Positions 1-9,000 of a stretch of 14,132 bases of DNA are shown here, one piece after another (positions within the stretch are counted from its first letter, which is position 1; each line of letters starts with the position of its first letter). The notes under the pieces were generated by a model. It did not search any database and had not been told where the DNA came from. It saw nothing but the letters and a program-made list of their open reading frames with translations. Both the position numbers and the translations under genes were made by a program. Source of the DNA: a virus (lineage: Duplodnaviria > Heunggongvirae > Uroviricota > Caudoviricetes); IMG/VR virus record IMGVR_UViG_2534682295_000006. The stretch is one strand, 5' to 3'.

Positions 1-33
1 GCTGACCGTTTTCATCGCAGCTGCCGACTAACG

Positions 34-786
34 TTAAATCGACATCGCGCTGAATGCCGCAGACGTCGACTTACGCCCTGGATAACGTTTATCCCAGTCA
101 CGCAACATGTCAGCAATCACCTGACGTTGCAGGTTAGGCTGTGAACCGCACAGGTTGCACGGAATAATCGGGAACGCTTTTGCATCGGCAAATCGCTGAA
201 TATCTTTCTCGCGGCAGTAGGCCAGCGGACGAATAACGATATGTTTGCCATCATCGCTCATCAGTTTCGGAGGCATACCTTTCATCTTGCCGCCGTAGAA
301 CATATTTAAGAACAACGTTTGCAGGATATCGTCACGATGGTGGCCCAACGCGATCTTCGTCGCCCCCAGTTCCGTTGCGGTGCGATAAAGGATACCGCGA
401 CGTAGCCGAGAACACAGTGAGCAAGTGGTTTTGCCCTCTGGAATCTTCTCTTTCACGATACCGTAAGTGTTCTCTTCAACAATCTTGTACTCAACGCCCA
501 GCTTTTCAAGATACTCGGGCAGAACGTGTTCCGGGAAGCCCGGTTGCTTTTGATCGAGGTTAACAGCCACCAGCGAAAAATTGATTGGCGCGCTTTGCTG
601 CAAATTGCGCAGAATCTCCAGCATGGTATAGCTGTCTTTACCCCCGGAGAGGCAAACCATGATGCGATCGCCTTCTTCAATCATATTGAAGTCAGCAATG
701 GCTTCGCCCACGTTACGACGCAGGCGTTTTTGTAATTTGTTCAGGTTGTATTGTTCTTTCTTTGTAATTTGTTGATTTTCTTGCAT
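34..786 (-). CDS. ttcA: tRNA 2-thiocytidine synthase TtcA, 250-aa ORF; C-terminal tail appears divergent and short relative to the roughly 311-aa K-12 protein as I recall it
   Basis: Track ORF. PP-loop motif SGGKDS and two CxxC motifs (CSLC, CNLC) present. First ~230 aa match my recollection of K-12 TtcA, after which the sequence differs and stops. Confidence 0.85.
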   Translation of the reverse strand: MQENQQITKKEQYNLNKLQKRLRRNVGEAIADFNMIEEGDRIMVCLSGGKDSYTMLEILRNLQQSAPINFSLVAVNLDQKQPGFPEHVLPEYLEKLGVEYKIVEENTYGIVKEKIPEGKTTCSLCSRLRRGILYRTATELGATKIALGHHRDDILQTLFLNMFYGGKMKGMPPKLMSDDGKHIVIRPLAYCREKDIQRFADAKAFPIIPCNLCGSQPNLQRQVIADMLRDWDKRYPGRKSTSAAFSAMSI

Positions 787-837
787 TATTTCAGTTCTCT
801 GGTACTAAATGGGGCAAATTGGGGGCAAACTTTGCAA

Positions 838-2073
838 CTATGATAACCGCGCATTCAACATGGCTACCTGTTCGTCGTTCATGTCATCAATCCACATACC
901 GTAAATTTCATACACCATCTGCGCAGTTTCATGCCCCATTTGGCTGGCTATAAATGCCGGGTTCGCTCCTGCCGTCAACAGCCAGCAGGCAAAAGTATGC
1001 CGCGTATGGTACGGATTACGGCGGCGAATACCAGCACGTTTTACTGCTGCATTCCACCTTGCCCCCAAACTGCTTACCGAGTAATAAGGTTTTTGTTTTC
1101 CGTTACACACCCTGGGCATGAAAACAAAATGCAGTTTTTGCTTTTCGGTTCTGCCGTACTCCCGATGATAAAAGGTGATTTCGCTTTTGCGATGATGCCC
1201 GGTCAGTTTGTATTGCTCCTTCAGTGCTTCAAGAGCAGGCTGCAGTAGTGTTACCGTCCGGATCCCCGCATTTGTTTTTGGGGGACCGAACATATCCAGT
1301 ATCGTCAGGTTTCTTCTGACATTCACAACTCCCTTCTCGAAATCCACATCCTCCCACGCCAGAGCAGCCAGTTCCCCGTGACGAAGCCCGGAGTATACGG
1401 CAAATTTCCACAAGTTCTGGCTCTGTCCTTTTTCACTTTCCATTAATGCATTGAATTCTGTTTTAGATAACGGGTCAGGCTTTATTCTGTTTCTCTGTAA
1501 TTTCTTTACTCCTTCAAATGGTTTGGTTGATATAAATCCCGACTGATACGCAAAACGTAACAACGAACAGAGCAGGGCGATATAGTTATCAACTGTGCGC
1601 ACGGTTCTTCCTTTTTTGTTGGATCTTGGATTATCCAGGTAAAGCGTTTCTCCATGCAGCAGTTCATTCCGGTAGTTTAAGATATCGCTATAACGAATAT
1701 GCGATATCGGAGTACTCTCACAAATTATTATCCTGAGTGTTTTTAATTGTGATTTCGTTTTCTTCATTGTGTTTGTTGTTAACTCTGTTTCTTTAATTTT
1801 TGTCCAGATATCACAAAGCTCCCCGAACGTTTTTATGACCCTCGTTGTCACCATTTTTGCCCCAGTGCTGGACTGGGGAAAACGTCTTAAATACTCAAAC
1901 TCACCGGAATTGATTTCATGAACTATCAACGCTCTTAAATTCCCGGCTTTTTTAATGTTACTGTTAGTAACCTCCCAGCCTTTCAATGTTTCCCGACATC
2001 GTTTTCCTCGAAACATGAACCAGATGCGAATGTATTTACCTCGAATCTCGACACCTGTTGGTAATTTAGACAT
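838..2073 (-). CDS. intR: Rac prophage integrase, tyrosine recombinase, 411 aa
   Basis: Track ORF of 411 aa, matching recalled K-12 IntR length and N-terminus MSKLPTGVEIRGKYIRIWF. C-terminal HTRHT box and downstream conserved Tyr. Located next to ttcA and an excisionase gene. Confidence 0.93.
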   Translation of the reverse strand: MSKLPTGVEIRGKYIRIWFMFRGKRCRETLKGWEVTNSNIKKAGNLRALIVHEINSGEFEYLRRFPQSSTGAKMVTTRVIKTFGELCDIWTKIKETELTTNTMKKTKSQLKTLRIIICESTPISHIRYSDILNYRNELLHGETLYLDNPRSNKKGRTVRTVDNYIALLCSLLRFAYQSGFISTKPFEGVKKLQRNRIKPDPLSKTEFNALMESEKGQSQNLWKFAVYSGLRHGELAALAWEDVDFEKGVVNVRRNLTILDMFGPPKTNAGIRTVTLLQPALEALKEQYKLTGHHRKSEITFYHREYGRTEKQKLHFVFMPRVCNGKQKPYYSVSSLGARWNAAVKRAGIRRRNPYHTRHTFACWLLTAGANPAFIASQMGHETAQMVYEIYGMWIDDMNDEQVAMLNARLS

Positions 2074-2074
2074 A

Positions 2075-2290
2075 TCATGAGTCTTTGATAAACTGATTTA
2101 TCTTTGGATAGTTATACCAGATAATCCCTCGCTTACTGTCTGGCTTCCCTAAAGGAGATACTCGTTTGAAGTGGAAGCCTTCCACCCAACAGTTCTGGCG
2201 GTATGCTTCAATTTGTCTGGCCCCCAGACCAGTGCGAAGCATCAGGCCGTATTCAACCATCCACTCTTCATTAAAGATTACTTGTGCCAT
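2075..2290 (-). CDS. xisR: Rac excisionase, 71 aa from ATG at 2290; the track ORF extends 8 codons further upstream to 2314
   Basis: Translation [71 protein letters not shown] matches recalled YdaQ. Its stop at 2075-2077 lies 1 nt from the intR start codon. Confidence 0.85.
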   Translation of the reverse strand: MAQVIFNEEWMVEYGLMLRTGLGARQIEAYRQNCWVEGFHFKRVSPLGKPDSKRGIIWYNYPKINQFIKDS

Positions 2291-2389
2291 CGCATCACCT
2301 CTGGCAGGCGCCAATGTTAGACTTAAATTGACGCCCGATGTTGATTATTAATAATCAGCTATGAAGTTTTAATTTGAATACAATGCAAT

Positions 2390-2590
2390 TCACGAGGACT
2401 GAAGTTTCTCGCAATTAAAATTTATCAGTTTTACTTTCTGCTCTCTGGAAACGCCTGCTTCTTTTTTACCTGAGAGCATTTTTTCGCATTCTGATTTCGT
2501 TAGTTTAGATTTTGAATATCTTGTCCAGTTAGTAGGAGTGCCACCTTCCTTTTCAATAGTGGCGGTAATTTTATACATGAACACCTCCAT
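2390..2590 (-). CDS. ydaC: Rac prophage small protein YdaC, 66 aa from MEVFMYK; alternative upstream start at 2650
   Basis: Track ORF 2390..2650. An internal ATG at 2590 gives the N-terminus MEVFMYKITATIEKEGG that I recall for YdaC. The 5' end overlaps the ralR 3' end. Confidence 0.75.
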   Translation of the reverse strand: MEVFMYKITATIEKEGGTPTNWTRYSKSKLTKSECEKMLSGKKEAGVSREQKVKLINFNCEKLQSS

Positions 2591-2765
2591 TATTATTTCC
2601 AGTGGTTCGTTTATTTCATCGTTCGAGTGCTTCTTTTTCACTTCCACCATAACCGGTTCGGGATTCGCATCCGTTACACTTCGCTCGGTAATATCCTGAA
2701 ATGGCTTTCACCGTTACTGATGGACAACCACAAAATGGACATGGTTTAACATTGTCATATCTCAT
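2571..2765 (-). pseudogene. ralR: ralR (lar) restriction-alleviation / type I toxin gene interrupted by an in-frame TGA at 2616-2618 (codon 50)
   Basis: Minus-strand translation from ATG 2765: MRYDNVKPCPFCGCPSVTVKAISGYYRAKCNGCESRTGYGGSEKEALER-stop-NKRTTGNNNGGVHV-TAA. Recalled K-12 Lar is 64 aa with Trp at the stop position. The track has no ORF of 60 aa or more here. Confidence 0.7.
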
Positions 2766-2793
2766 AATTTTTCTCATAAAAATATTTCAAGTT

Positions 2794-2812
2794 GGCGGTG
2801 CATTACACCGCC
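2794..2812 (-). terminator. GC-rich stem-loop GGCGGTG-CATTA-CACCGCC between recT and ralR; weak intrinsic-terminator candidate for leftward transcripts
   Basis: Perfect 7-bp inverted repeat with 5-nt loop read directly. On the minus strand it is followed by a moderately U-rich stretch (AACUUGAAAUAUUUUUAUG). Confidence 0.3.
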
Positions 2813-2820
2813 AGGCTGAA

Positions 2821-3630
2821 TTATTCCTCTGAATTATCGATTACACTGTATTCCCCGGTTAATACAGAGGAATCTGCAGGATCGATTGTCAGTGGTTCCT
2901 TTTCATCCATTGATACTGCACGCTGGATCTCAATTGATACGGGCAGATATTTGAACAGGCGACGAATAGCCGTTTTCTTTGCCATTTCTTCCCAGTGAGT
3001 TACCCACGGCCCGTTATTACCAGCTTTACTCTGGCTGCGCACCAGCTCAATCTGTTTGCGCGTCATAACTTCAAACTGAGTACCTCCGTCTTTCAGTCTT
3101 GCGACAGCATAGACGTGGGTAACAGGGGCATCTTCGTTTTCTCCTGGGCGGTGTATTAACTTTTCATCAAGGCCAAATTCGAAATTAAACTCGTCACCTT
3201 CACGGACAACACGGGCTGACAAGCTGGCGATTTGACCTGAACGGCGAGCCAGATCAATCATGCCTCGATAGCCAATGATTAGCTGAACGTTTTTTTTACC
3301 GCTCTTTTCGTTTTTATTACCAAAAGGCAGTAAATATGCATGACCGAGGGCGCTACCGGGCTCAAGTCCGAGCTGTGAACACTGTACGATTGCACTGACA
3401 AAACTCATAGTGTCACAGTTTCCTAACGCCGGAACTTTACGAATTTCTGTGGTGGCGATACGGATCATACGTTCAGCCGTCATATGGCGTGGAAGAGCTG
3501 CTGCCAGTTGCTCTTTCATTGATGGCTGGTTAATAAAACTAATCACGTCGTTATTTTTAATTGCTGCTGGTGCACGGTTTCCCTGAGTTTTTTGCAGATC
3601 GGCTTTTGCGATTGGTGGTTGCTTAGTCAT
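2821..3630 (-). CDS. recT: RecT single-strand annealing protein, 269 aa from ATG at 3630; the track ORF starts 19 codons upstream
   Basis: Translation from [29 protein letters not shown] matches recalled K-12 RecT. Its start overlaps the recE 3' end by 8 nt. Confidence 0.93.
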   Translation of the reverse strand: MTKQPPIAKADLQKTQGNRAPAAIKNNDVISFINQPSMKEQLAAALPRHMTAERMIRIATTEIRKVPALGNCDTMSFVSAIVQCSQLGLEPGSALGHAYLLPFGNKNEKSGKKNVQLIIGYRGMIDLARRSGQIASLSARVVREGDEFNFEFGLDEKLIHRPGENEDAPVTHVYAVARLKDGGTQFEVMTRKQIELVRSQSKAGNNGPWVTHWEEMAKKTAIRRLFKYLPVSIEIQRAVSMDEKEPLTIDPADSSVLTGEYSVIDNSEE

Positions 3631-6223
3631 TTGCATATTCCTTAGCCCAGCGGGGCAGTGATAACGTCTTAATAGCTGGCCATTCATCGGTATTGAGGCA
3701 GTCAGCCAGGGTTCGCAGATTGCGGTGATATTCCAGCTGACCTGCCAGTTTTGCTTCTTCGCCCATCATGAAAATTTCAACCGGATAACGTCCGCATTCA
3801 ATAGTTGTGCTGGCAACCAGAAAAACGAAAGTTGGCTGCACTCCAAACTGTGCTTCATAACCGTCACTGTAGAATGCATCCTGAACGTGATAGCGGTAGT
3901 CGTAATAAGCGGTTTTGAATCGTTGAATATCCGCCGTAGTTTTCACGTCCATGATCCAGTGAAATTCAGGGATAATTTTGTCCGGACGGCACCGACACAA
4001 AATTGCTGTTTCAGGATCTTCCCAGTAAATTGATGATTCAGCGTGTCCGGCGCTTTCAACAAGCCATTGCCCCAGCGGCAAAGCCATAACGCTCTGATAC
4101 ATGAGTTCAATTTTCCGGCCTTCTTCGGCAGTGATAACCGTTTTTCCTGTGCTTGCGCATTCCCTCAGAAACGCTTTCTCTTCTTCTTTTCCGGAGTTTG
4201 TCCGGCGGTTAAATTCAGGTGCTACGATAAAGCGGTTACTGAATTCTTCCGGCTCAAGTACCCGGCAGTGGAAAGCGGTTCCTAAATCGAGCGTTTTTGT
4301 CTTTGTGGTGTCCACGGGGGCATTTTTACGCCACAAATACAGTGCCGGAGTATCAGCAATGTCATCGAGCTGAGACTTACTGACACCGGGACCCGCGTGG
4401 TAATTCTCATTCGAAATTCCGTAATAAATACCTGGCTCTATGTCTTCTACGATTACGGGATCTGCGACTTCGCCAGTTTCATCACTGCAATCGCGATGCG
4501 GATCGCTGCCAGCATTCTCATTGTGCGGATGTTCAGCGCCTTCCATTTCCTCCGGATCATTTTCCTTAGCTTCAACCTGACTCTCTTCATCGAATGTTTC
4601 CTGGTATGTTGCGTCGCCCATCACCGCACCACAGTCAGGGCAGTTATCCCCGCCAGTCTGGCCGCAGGCATTGCAGGCTATTTCCGGTTCCTGTTGCACT
4701 ACTGGCTCAGGTTGATTCATATCCGGGCTGGTTTTTTCCGTTTCTGGCTGGTTCTGGTACACACAATCGCGAGTCTGGATCCCCTTTACCCATTTCGGAT
4801 CGTTCGGGTCGCTAATTCCGTCAACAAATTCACCACGTGATGCAGCAAGCAATTTATCGGCATCGACAGGATTTTTTGATGGAATGTTTTTCCGGGCTTC
4901 ATGGAGTTCTGCCCGCAGTTCCTGATATTTCGCATCAACAGAATTTACCTGTGACTGAGCATCCAGCGGCTGCGTGTCCTGATGATGTTCAGTTGCGTCC
5001 GGTTCCATTGTTTCAGCCTCTCCCTGTTCAACTGCCGTTGTTCCAGATGGTTGCGGTTTTTCTTCATCATCCTGTTTTCCTTCTTCTGTTACTCGCTGCG
5101 GCATCGGGGCAGAGGAGCGACCGCAGGCAATATCCACGATTTCCGGATCAGGGTTGGCATGATCGGTTTCAGTCAGTACTTTGTTCAGATATTCAGTGAC
5201 GTGCGCGGGGATGACCTCGATCCCAATTGGTGCTTCTTTTACGGACGCAACCACGATGGCGCGGGAATAATCCAGCCCGCCAGGCATGGTGATGAATTTG
5301 TCGCGGAAAACAGAAAAGGGCGGTTTATTTTCAGCGATAATTTCCTCAATGCGTTTAGCGTGTGCCGGATGAAGGTTATAGATGTCCAGATCCATTGAAC
5401 GGGCCAGTACGCCAGTGGCTACGTCGCGCGCCAGTGACGTCAGATCGTGTACGAAACCTTCGCCGCGATCGGTGAGGTTTCCGCCGCCAGCATTAGCACC
5501 GGAAGCCGTGCGAGTGATGTGTGAAACACGATTACCCTTCATCCACTCTTTTGTCAGCAGTCCTCGATCGGTGTAGTCAGCGTTCAGGTATGCTTCGAAA
5601 AAAGCAGTTATCAGTCCCAGGTTTGAATTACCAGGATTAGGGAAAACTTTGTCAGTGTCACGAACCAGTTTGTGGAGTTCGCGAATTTCCAGCGGGTCGA
5701 GCAGGCTGGTTTTGTGGGAAACAGCCAGGGCAGTAACAGCCGGTAGTTCTTCAGCCCGAGCAATGTGTAATGCCTGGAGTCCGTCGCGTGAAACGTGCGT
5801 TACCGGTTTTTCGCTGCCGTGTTGAGCAAGCCAACGAATGGGCAGTTCCTGGCCAGAAATTGGGAGTAGCATATTCTCCTCAATCTCAGTCATGTCTTCG
5901 CCGTTGACGTTGGTATTGCCTTGATAGTGAGCGTTGTCTGGTGCTGCTCCCGGTTTTAGTTCCCATGTCATGGAGTCTTTGCTGAGTTGATAGCGTTCAC
6001 TCCAGGTAAAATCGATCTCACCTTCAGCGGGCAGGTCATTAACGACAGGAAAATTCGTGGCAACAGCTTTAAAATAGCTGCTCAGTTTTTTACCTGACTT
6101 AACGATCAGGTAGTCCAGAGTGGCACAGGTCGATTCAAAATCGTTGCTTGCCCACAGGACGACGTCAGGTTCACCGGATGATTTTTTCGCTTTCCGTAAC
6201 AGGAAGAGTGGTTTTGTGCTCAT
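3623..6223 (-). CDS. recE: RecE exonuclease VIII, 866 aa
   Basis: Track ORF of 866 aa; N-terminus [32 protein letters not shown] and length match recalled K-12 RecE. Immediately upstream of recT. Confidence 0.93.
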   Translation of the reverse strand: MSTKPLFLLRKAKKSSGEPDVVLWASNDFESTCATLDYLIVKSGKKLSSYFKAVATNFPVVNDLPAEGEIDFTWSERYQLSKDSMTWELKPGAAPDNAHYQGNTNVNGEDMTEIEENMLLPISGQELPIRWLAQHGSEKPVTHVSRDGLQALHIARAEELPAVTALAVSHKTSLLDPLEIRELHKLVRDTDKVFPNPGNSNLGLITAFFEAYLNADYTDRGLLTKEWMKGNRVSHITRTASGANAGGGNLTDRGEGFVHDLTSLARDVATGVLARSMDLDIYNLHPAHAKRIEEIIAENKPPFSVFRDKFITMPGGLDYSRAIVVASVKEAPIGIEVIPAHVTEYLNKVLTETDHANPDPEIVDIACGRSSAPMPQRVTEEGKQDDEEKPQPSGTTAVEQGEAETMEPDATEHHQDTQPLDAQSQVNSVDAKYQELRAELHEARKNIPSKNPVDADKLLAASRGEFVDGISDPNDPKWVKGIQTRDCVYQNQPETEKTSPDMNQPEPVVQQEPEIACNACGQTGGDNCPDCGAVMGDATYQETFDEESQVEAKENDPEEMEGAEHPHNENAGSDPHRDCSDETGEVADPVIVEDIEPGIYYGISNENYHAGPGVSKSQLDDIADTPALYLWRKNAPVDTTKTKTLDLGTAFHCRVLEPEEFSNRFIVAPEFNRRTNSGKEEEKAFLRECASTGKTVITAEEGRKIELMYQSVMALPLGQWLVESAGHAESSIYWEDPETAILCRCRPDKIIPEFHWIMDVKTTADIQRFKTAYYDYRYHVQDAFYSDGYEAQFGVQPTFVFLVASTTIECGRYPVEIFMMGEEAKLAGQLEYHRNLRTLADCLNTDEWPAIKTLSLPRWAKEYAND

Positions 6224-6296
6224 TGTTTTTTAACCTCAACTCAGATTAAAATTCGTTTTGTTCAGTGAATGATCTTGCCGGATACACACTGTTCAT

Positions 6297-6317
6297 AGCC
6301 TGCGCCATACGCAGGCT
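6297..6317. other. Perfect 8-bp stem-loop AGCCTGCG-CCATA-CGCAGGCT between the racC stop and recE start
   Basis: Inverted repeat read directly. On the plus strand it is followed by a T-rich run (ATTTCTTTCAGATTT); on the minus strand it lies 8 nt after the racC stop with no U-run. Confidence 0.35.
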
Positions 6318-6324
6318 ATTTCTT

Positions 6325-6600
6325 TCAGATTTCACCTTTTAATTTCATTGCAATTAGAGTTGCCAGAAATTCGGCTTTTTTTTCTGTGGGCAGATTCTTT
6401 CCGATATGCACCAGGCACATTTTTTTGACACCTTCATCAAGTGTTTTTACGTTGCCTGATGGACCATCGATATCAACCACAGTGAATGGGGTTTCTTTAT
6501 TTTCTGTTTTAATTACGTAGCCAATGCGCTTTCCTTCCAGATTCACCTCGTGAACAATGTCATCGGTAGTTACAACAGTGGCTTCATAATTGGTAATCAT
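6325..6600 (-). CDS. racC: Rac prophage protein RacC, 91 aa from ATG at 6600
   Basis: Translation MITNYEATVVTTDDIVHEVNLEGKRIGYVIKTENKETPF matches recalled RacC. Shine-Dalgarno AAGGAG lies 6 nt upstream of the ATG. Confidence 0.85.
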   Translation of the reverse strand: MITNYEATVVTTDDIVHEVNLEGKRIGYVIKTENKETPFTVVDIDGPSGNVKTLDEGVKKMCLVHIGKNLPTEKKAEFLATLIAMKLKGEI

Positions 6601-6674
6601 GTTTTTCTCCTTAATTAAGGTTGAGCGAATACCTGCCATTTCTGGCATAAATTCAGTTTCGAATAGTCAATTAA

Positions 6675-6845
6675 TTAAAGTTCATGTGCCATCTGGTCTT
6701 TTTCGGCACAAGCTTCACTGCAATATTTTCTCGGTTCGTCTTTTGATAAAATCCCGTGCATGAAGTGAAGCATTCTTTCAATAGCTTTGCTTTCTTCAAC
6801 GTCTTTTTTGCAAAGGTGGTAAGCACATTTTATTTTCTTAGTCAT
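6675..6845 (-). CDS. ydaE: Rac prophage small Cys-rich protein YdaE, 56 aa
   Basis: Manual minus-strand translation: [56 protein letters not shown]. Not in the ORF track because it is under 60 aa. Its start overlaps the kilR stop (TGATG). Confidence 0.82.
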   Translation of the reverse strand: MTKKIKCAYHLCKKDVEESKAIERMLHFMHGILSKDEPRKYCSEACAEKDQMAHEL

Positions 6846-7066
6846 CACCATGACTCCGCCTTTACAGGTAAACCATCACGACCGAGGAAGACTTTAATCA
6901 TGCGGTCAGTAATGCATGTTTTTGTGGTCAGGTTACGAATATATAGTTTTCGCTTTTTAATATTGTTTGCCGAGGCAATATATGTCCGGCCTTCATGAAG
7001 AACATAATCGCCAGGAGTCACACACTGACGTGGTATTTCATCAGTTCCGAAGTGATGTGCAATCAT
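6845..7066 (-). CDS. kilR: KilR cell-division inhibitor, 73 aa from ATG at 7066
   Basis: Translation [73 protein letters not shown] matches recalled KilR. GGAG Shine-Dalgarno upstream. Confidence 0.88.
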   Translation of the reverse strand: MIAHHFGTDEIPRQCVTPGDYVLHEGRTYIASANNIKKRKLYIRNLTTKTCITDRMIKVFLGRDGLPVKAESW

Positions 7067-7246
7067 AATTATCTCCATTTTTACAAATGAACTTTGTTGA
7101 TGCGGTGCCTGGTGCCTCCAGGTGACTGCAACCAGTTAACAATTACAGTCGGCTTTCCCACCCAAACCAATAAGGACTAACATGACTTTTAACTGTGCCA
7201 CGTGCGCTTAGCCGCATTCACCGCATCACAAAATTCACTTTAAAAA

Positions 7247-7289
7247 GGGCGGACATCAGCCGAACTTCAAGAAAAAAACTGATGCCGCC
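7247..7289 (-). terminator. Candidate intrinsic terminator for leftward transcription in the kilR-sieB spacer
   Basis: Plus-strand arms GGCGGACATCAG (7248-7259) and CTGATGCCGCC (7279-7289) pair with one bulge around a 19-nt loop. On the minus strand the stem is followed by CUUUUUAAAGUGAAUUUU. Confidence 0.3.
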
Positions 7290-7507
7290 AGGACTACACA
7301 CAGCAATGTCGTTATTTACAACCGGAGGCGCACTCCCACCATTTAAATTTAACAGACAAGACCGACTCTTTATGGATATCGGAAATGCGCCTTCGTGTTG
7401 TGCCCGGTTTTATTTCACCACCTCCGGGCTTCGGTGGTCTCGGCTATACCCCTACAGCGAGAGCTTGTGTTAACATTTCAATACCCTTACAGTTGAGAGT
7501 TATTGAT

Positions 7508-7996
7508 ATGTTGGATGTATTTACTCCATTGTTGAAACTTTTTGCTAACGAGCCACTCGAAAGACTTATGTATACGATTATCATTTTTGGTCTCACTCTC
7601 TGGCTGATACCGAAAGAGTTTACTGTCGCATTCAATGCTTATACTGAAATACCTTGGCTCTTTCAGATTATCGTTTTTGCCTTTTCTTTCGTGGTCGCCA
7701 TTTCCTTCTCAAGATTGCGAGCACATATTCAAAAGCATTATTCATTACTACCAGAGCAACGAGTATTGCTTCGTTTATCTGAGAAAGAAATCGCTGTATT
7801 TAAAGATTTCCTTAAAACAGGAAATCTTATTATCACTTCTCCTTGCCGTAACCCGGTTATGAAAAAATTAGAACGGAAGGGCATCATTCAACATCAGAGT
7901 GATAGCGCAAACTGTTCTTATTATCTCGTCACCGAAAAATACTCCCATTTTATGAAGTTATTCTGGAACAGCAGGAGTAGACGTTTTAATCGTTAG
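7508..7996 (+). CDS. sieB: Superinfection exclusion protein SieB, 162 aa from ATG at 7508; the track ORF extends upstream to 7385
   Basis: Translation MLDVFTPLLKLFANEPLERLMYTIIIFGLTLWLIPKEF matches recalled SieB. Hydrophobic N-terminal segments. Opposite orientation to the surrounding operon. Confidence 0.88.
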   Translation: MLDVFTPLLKLFANEPLERLMYTIIIFGLTLWLIPKEFTVAFNAYTEIPWLFQIIVFAFSFVVAISFSRLRAHIQKHYSLLPEQRVLLRLSEKEIAVFKDFLKTGNLIITSPCRNPVMKKLERKGIIQHQSDSANCSYYLVTEKYSHFMKLFWNSRSRRFNR

Positions 7997-8148
7997 CTTA
8001 CTGTGTGCTTCTCCAACCATCGGCGCGCACCAGTTTCGGTTTTAAATGTTTTGCTTTTGGTATACGTCATGGCAGTGAACGTTCCATCCTGGTTGGGGAA
8101 CACGCCGCACACCAGGGATTCGTTGTTGCCGAGGTCGATTTTTTGCAT
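7993..8148 (-). CDS. ydaF: Rac prophage small protein YdaF, 51 aa
   Basis: Manual minus-strand translation: MQKIDLGNNESLVCGVFPNQDGTFTAMTYTKSKTFKTETGARRWLEKHTVS. Under 60 aa so absent from the track. Convergent with sieB, stop codons overlapping. Confidence 0.78.
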   Translation of the reverse strand: MQKIDLGNNESLVCGVFPNQDGTFTAMTYTKSKTFKTETGARRWLEKHTVS

Positions 8149-8158
8149 TTTGCGAATC

Positions 8159-8293
8159 TCACATCTTGTTGCTACGTATAGCGACTTCTGCCTGCCAGAG
8201 ATCCCAGTCGTTGCTGCGTAAAGCCTGCACAGCCTGGTTGTAAGTGATACCGCAACAATCCATCAAATACTGAACTACTTCGTAATGCACCAT
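8159..8293 (-). CDS. ydaG: Rac prophage small protein YdaG, 44 aa
   Basis: Manual minus-strand translation: MVHYEVVQYLMDCCGITYNQAVQALRSNDWDLWQAEVAIRSNKM, matching recalled YdaG. First gene downstream of the putative leftward promoter. Confidence 0.78.
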   Translation of the reverse strand: MVHYEVVQYLMDCCGITYNQAVQALRSNDWDLWQAEVAIRSNKM

Positions 8294-8454
8294 CTTATCT
8301 ATCCCCTTAACGCCGGGTGGCGGAACTAACTGCTGCACTGCAAAATTTGAATCCCGCCGTCATGTTCATACGCCTCGGGCTGGCTACTTAACCCCTGACC
8401 ACTGCCTGGTAACTCGAAGTATTGCCCGGCGTTCTGTGGGGCGGGGTGGGTTGG

Positions 8455-8520
8455 TAGGTATATAATGTACTTTGTGTTCATCATTGTAAAGTACTTTAAG
8501 TACATTTTATGTATAAAAAA
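8455..8520 (-). promoter_or_regulatory. Putative leftward early promoter/operator region upstream of ydaG
   Basis: AT-rich tract with palindrome AAGTACTT (8489-8496) and an inverted pair ATGTACT (8465-8471) / AGTACAT (8499-8505). Minus-strand TTTACA (8490-8485) with AT-rich -10 candidates 17-19 nt downstream. Confidence 0.4.
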
Positions 8521-8580
8521 ATGAGACGGGATAAAGTGAAGCACAAACCCGGAGGGGGACGCTACCGGATTTATGCTGGT

Positions 8581-9000
8581 TTAAGAGGCTTTTTGTTTTT
8601 TCTTTCGTGCTAACTCTTCGTAAATTGCATTGTACTTCTGTTTTTTCTCCTCAAGAGTTTTTAAAAGTTCATCTGTCTCACTGTCAGGGAGCTCGTCCAG
8701 AAGGTCAATGATGATTTTTTGTCTTGGATTTAACTCCTGATAGAAACGTATCTGTCCACTTTCTTCTGTATCCTCTCCCAAAAGATAGGTTGGTGTTGTT
8801 CCAATGAGTGTTGCTAATTCCCTTAATTTCTCTCGGCGAGGAATTGTTTCACCATTAAACCATTTGCTAACCGCTTTTGGTGTTAATTTCATTCGACGGG
8901 CAATTTCTGCCTGCCTTCCATGTTGTTCATAACCAGCGTTTTCACAGGCTAGCGCAAGCCTACTGGCGAACTCTTTACGCGCTTTATCTTCATGAACCAT
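8581..9000 (-). CDS. racR: Rac prophage repressor RacR, XRE-family HTH regulator, 139-aa ORF
   Basis: Track ORF. HTH-like segment GRQAEIARRMKLTPKAVSKWFNGETIPRREKLRELATLIG. Divergent from ydaS-ydaT. Confidence 0.88.
   Translation of the reverse strand: MVHEDKARKEFASRLALACENAGYEQHGRQAEIARRMKLTPKAVSKWFNGETIPRREKLRELATLIGTTPTYLLGEDTEESGQIRFYQELNPRQKIIIDLLDELPDSETDELLKTLEEKKQKYNAIYEELARKKKQKAS

Noticed and set aside
3725-5576. Several plus-strand track ORFs of 64-147 aa inside recE (3725-4033, 4043-4285, 4101-4373, 4397-4840, 4594-4815, 4837-5199, 4982-5398, 5382-5576)
   Set aside because: All lie antisense to the well-supported 866-aa recE frame, have no ribosome-binding sites I could see, and give low-complexity translations.
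6609-6620. Perfect 12-bp palindrome CCTTAATTAAGG over the racC ribosome-binding site
   Set aside because: Too short and loop-less to form a stable hairpin, and AT-rich palindromes of this size are expected by chance. Noted only as a possible restriction-site-like sequence.
7195-7473. 92-aa plus-strand ORF in the kilR-sieB spacer
   Set aside because: No Shine-Dalgarno. It overlaps the terminator-like hairpin and runs into the sieB upstream region in a different frame from sieB.
8003-8221. 72-aa plus-strand ORF
   Set aside because: It covers the same DNA as ydaF and ydaG on the minus strand, whose translations match known Rac proteins.
8326-8544. 72-aa minus-strand ORF between ydaG and racR
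   Set aside because: It runs through the AT-rich palindromic tract, and its F/Y/K/I-rich translation looks like translated regulatory DNA. I read this region as promoter/operator.
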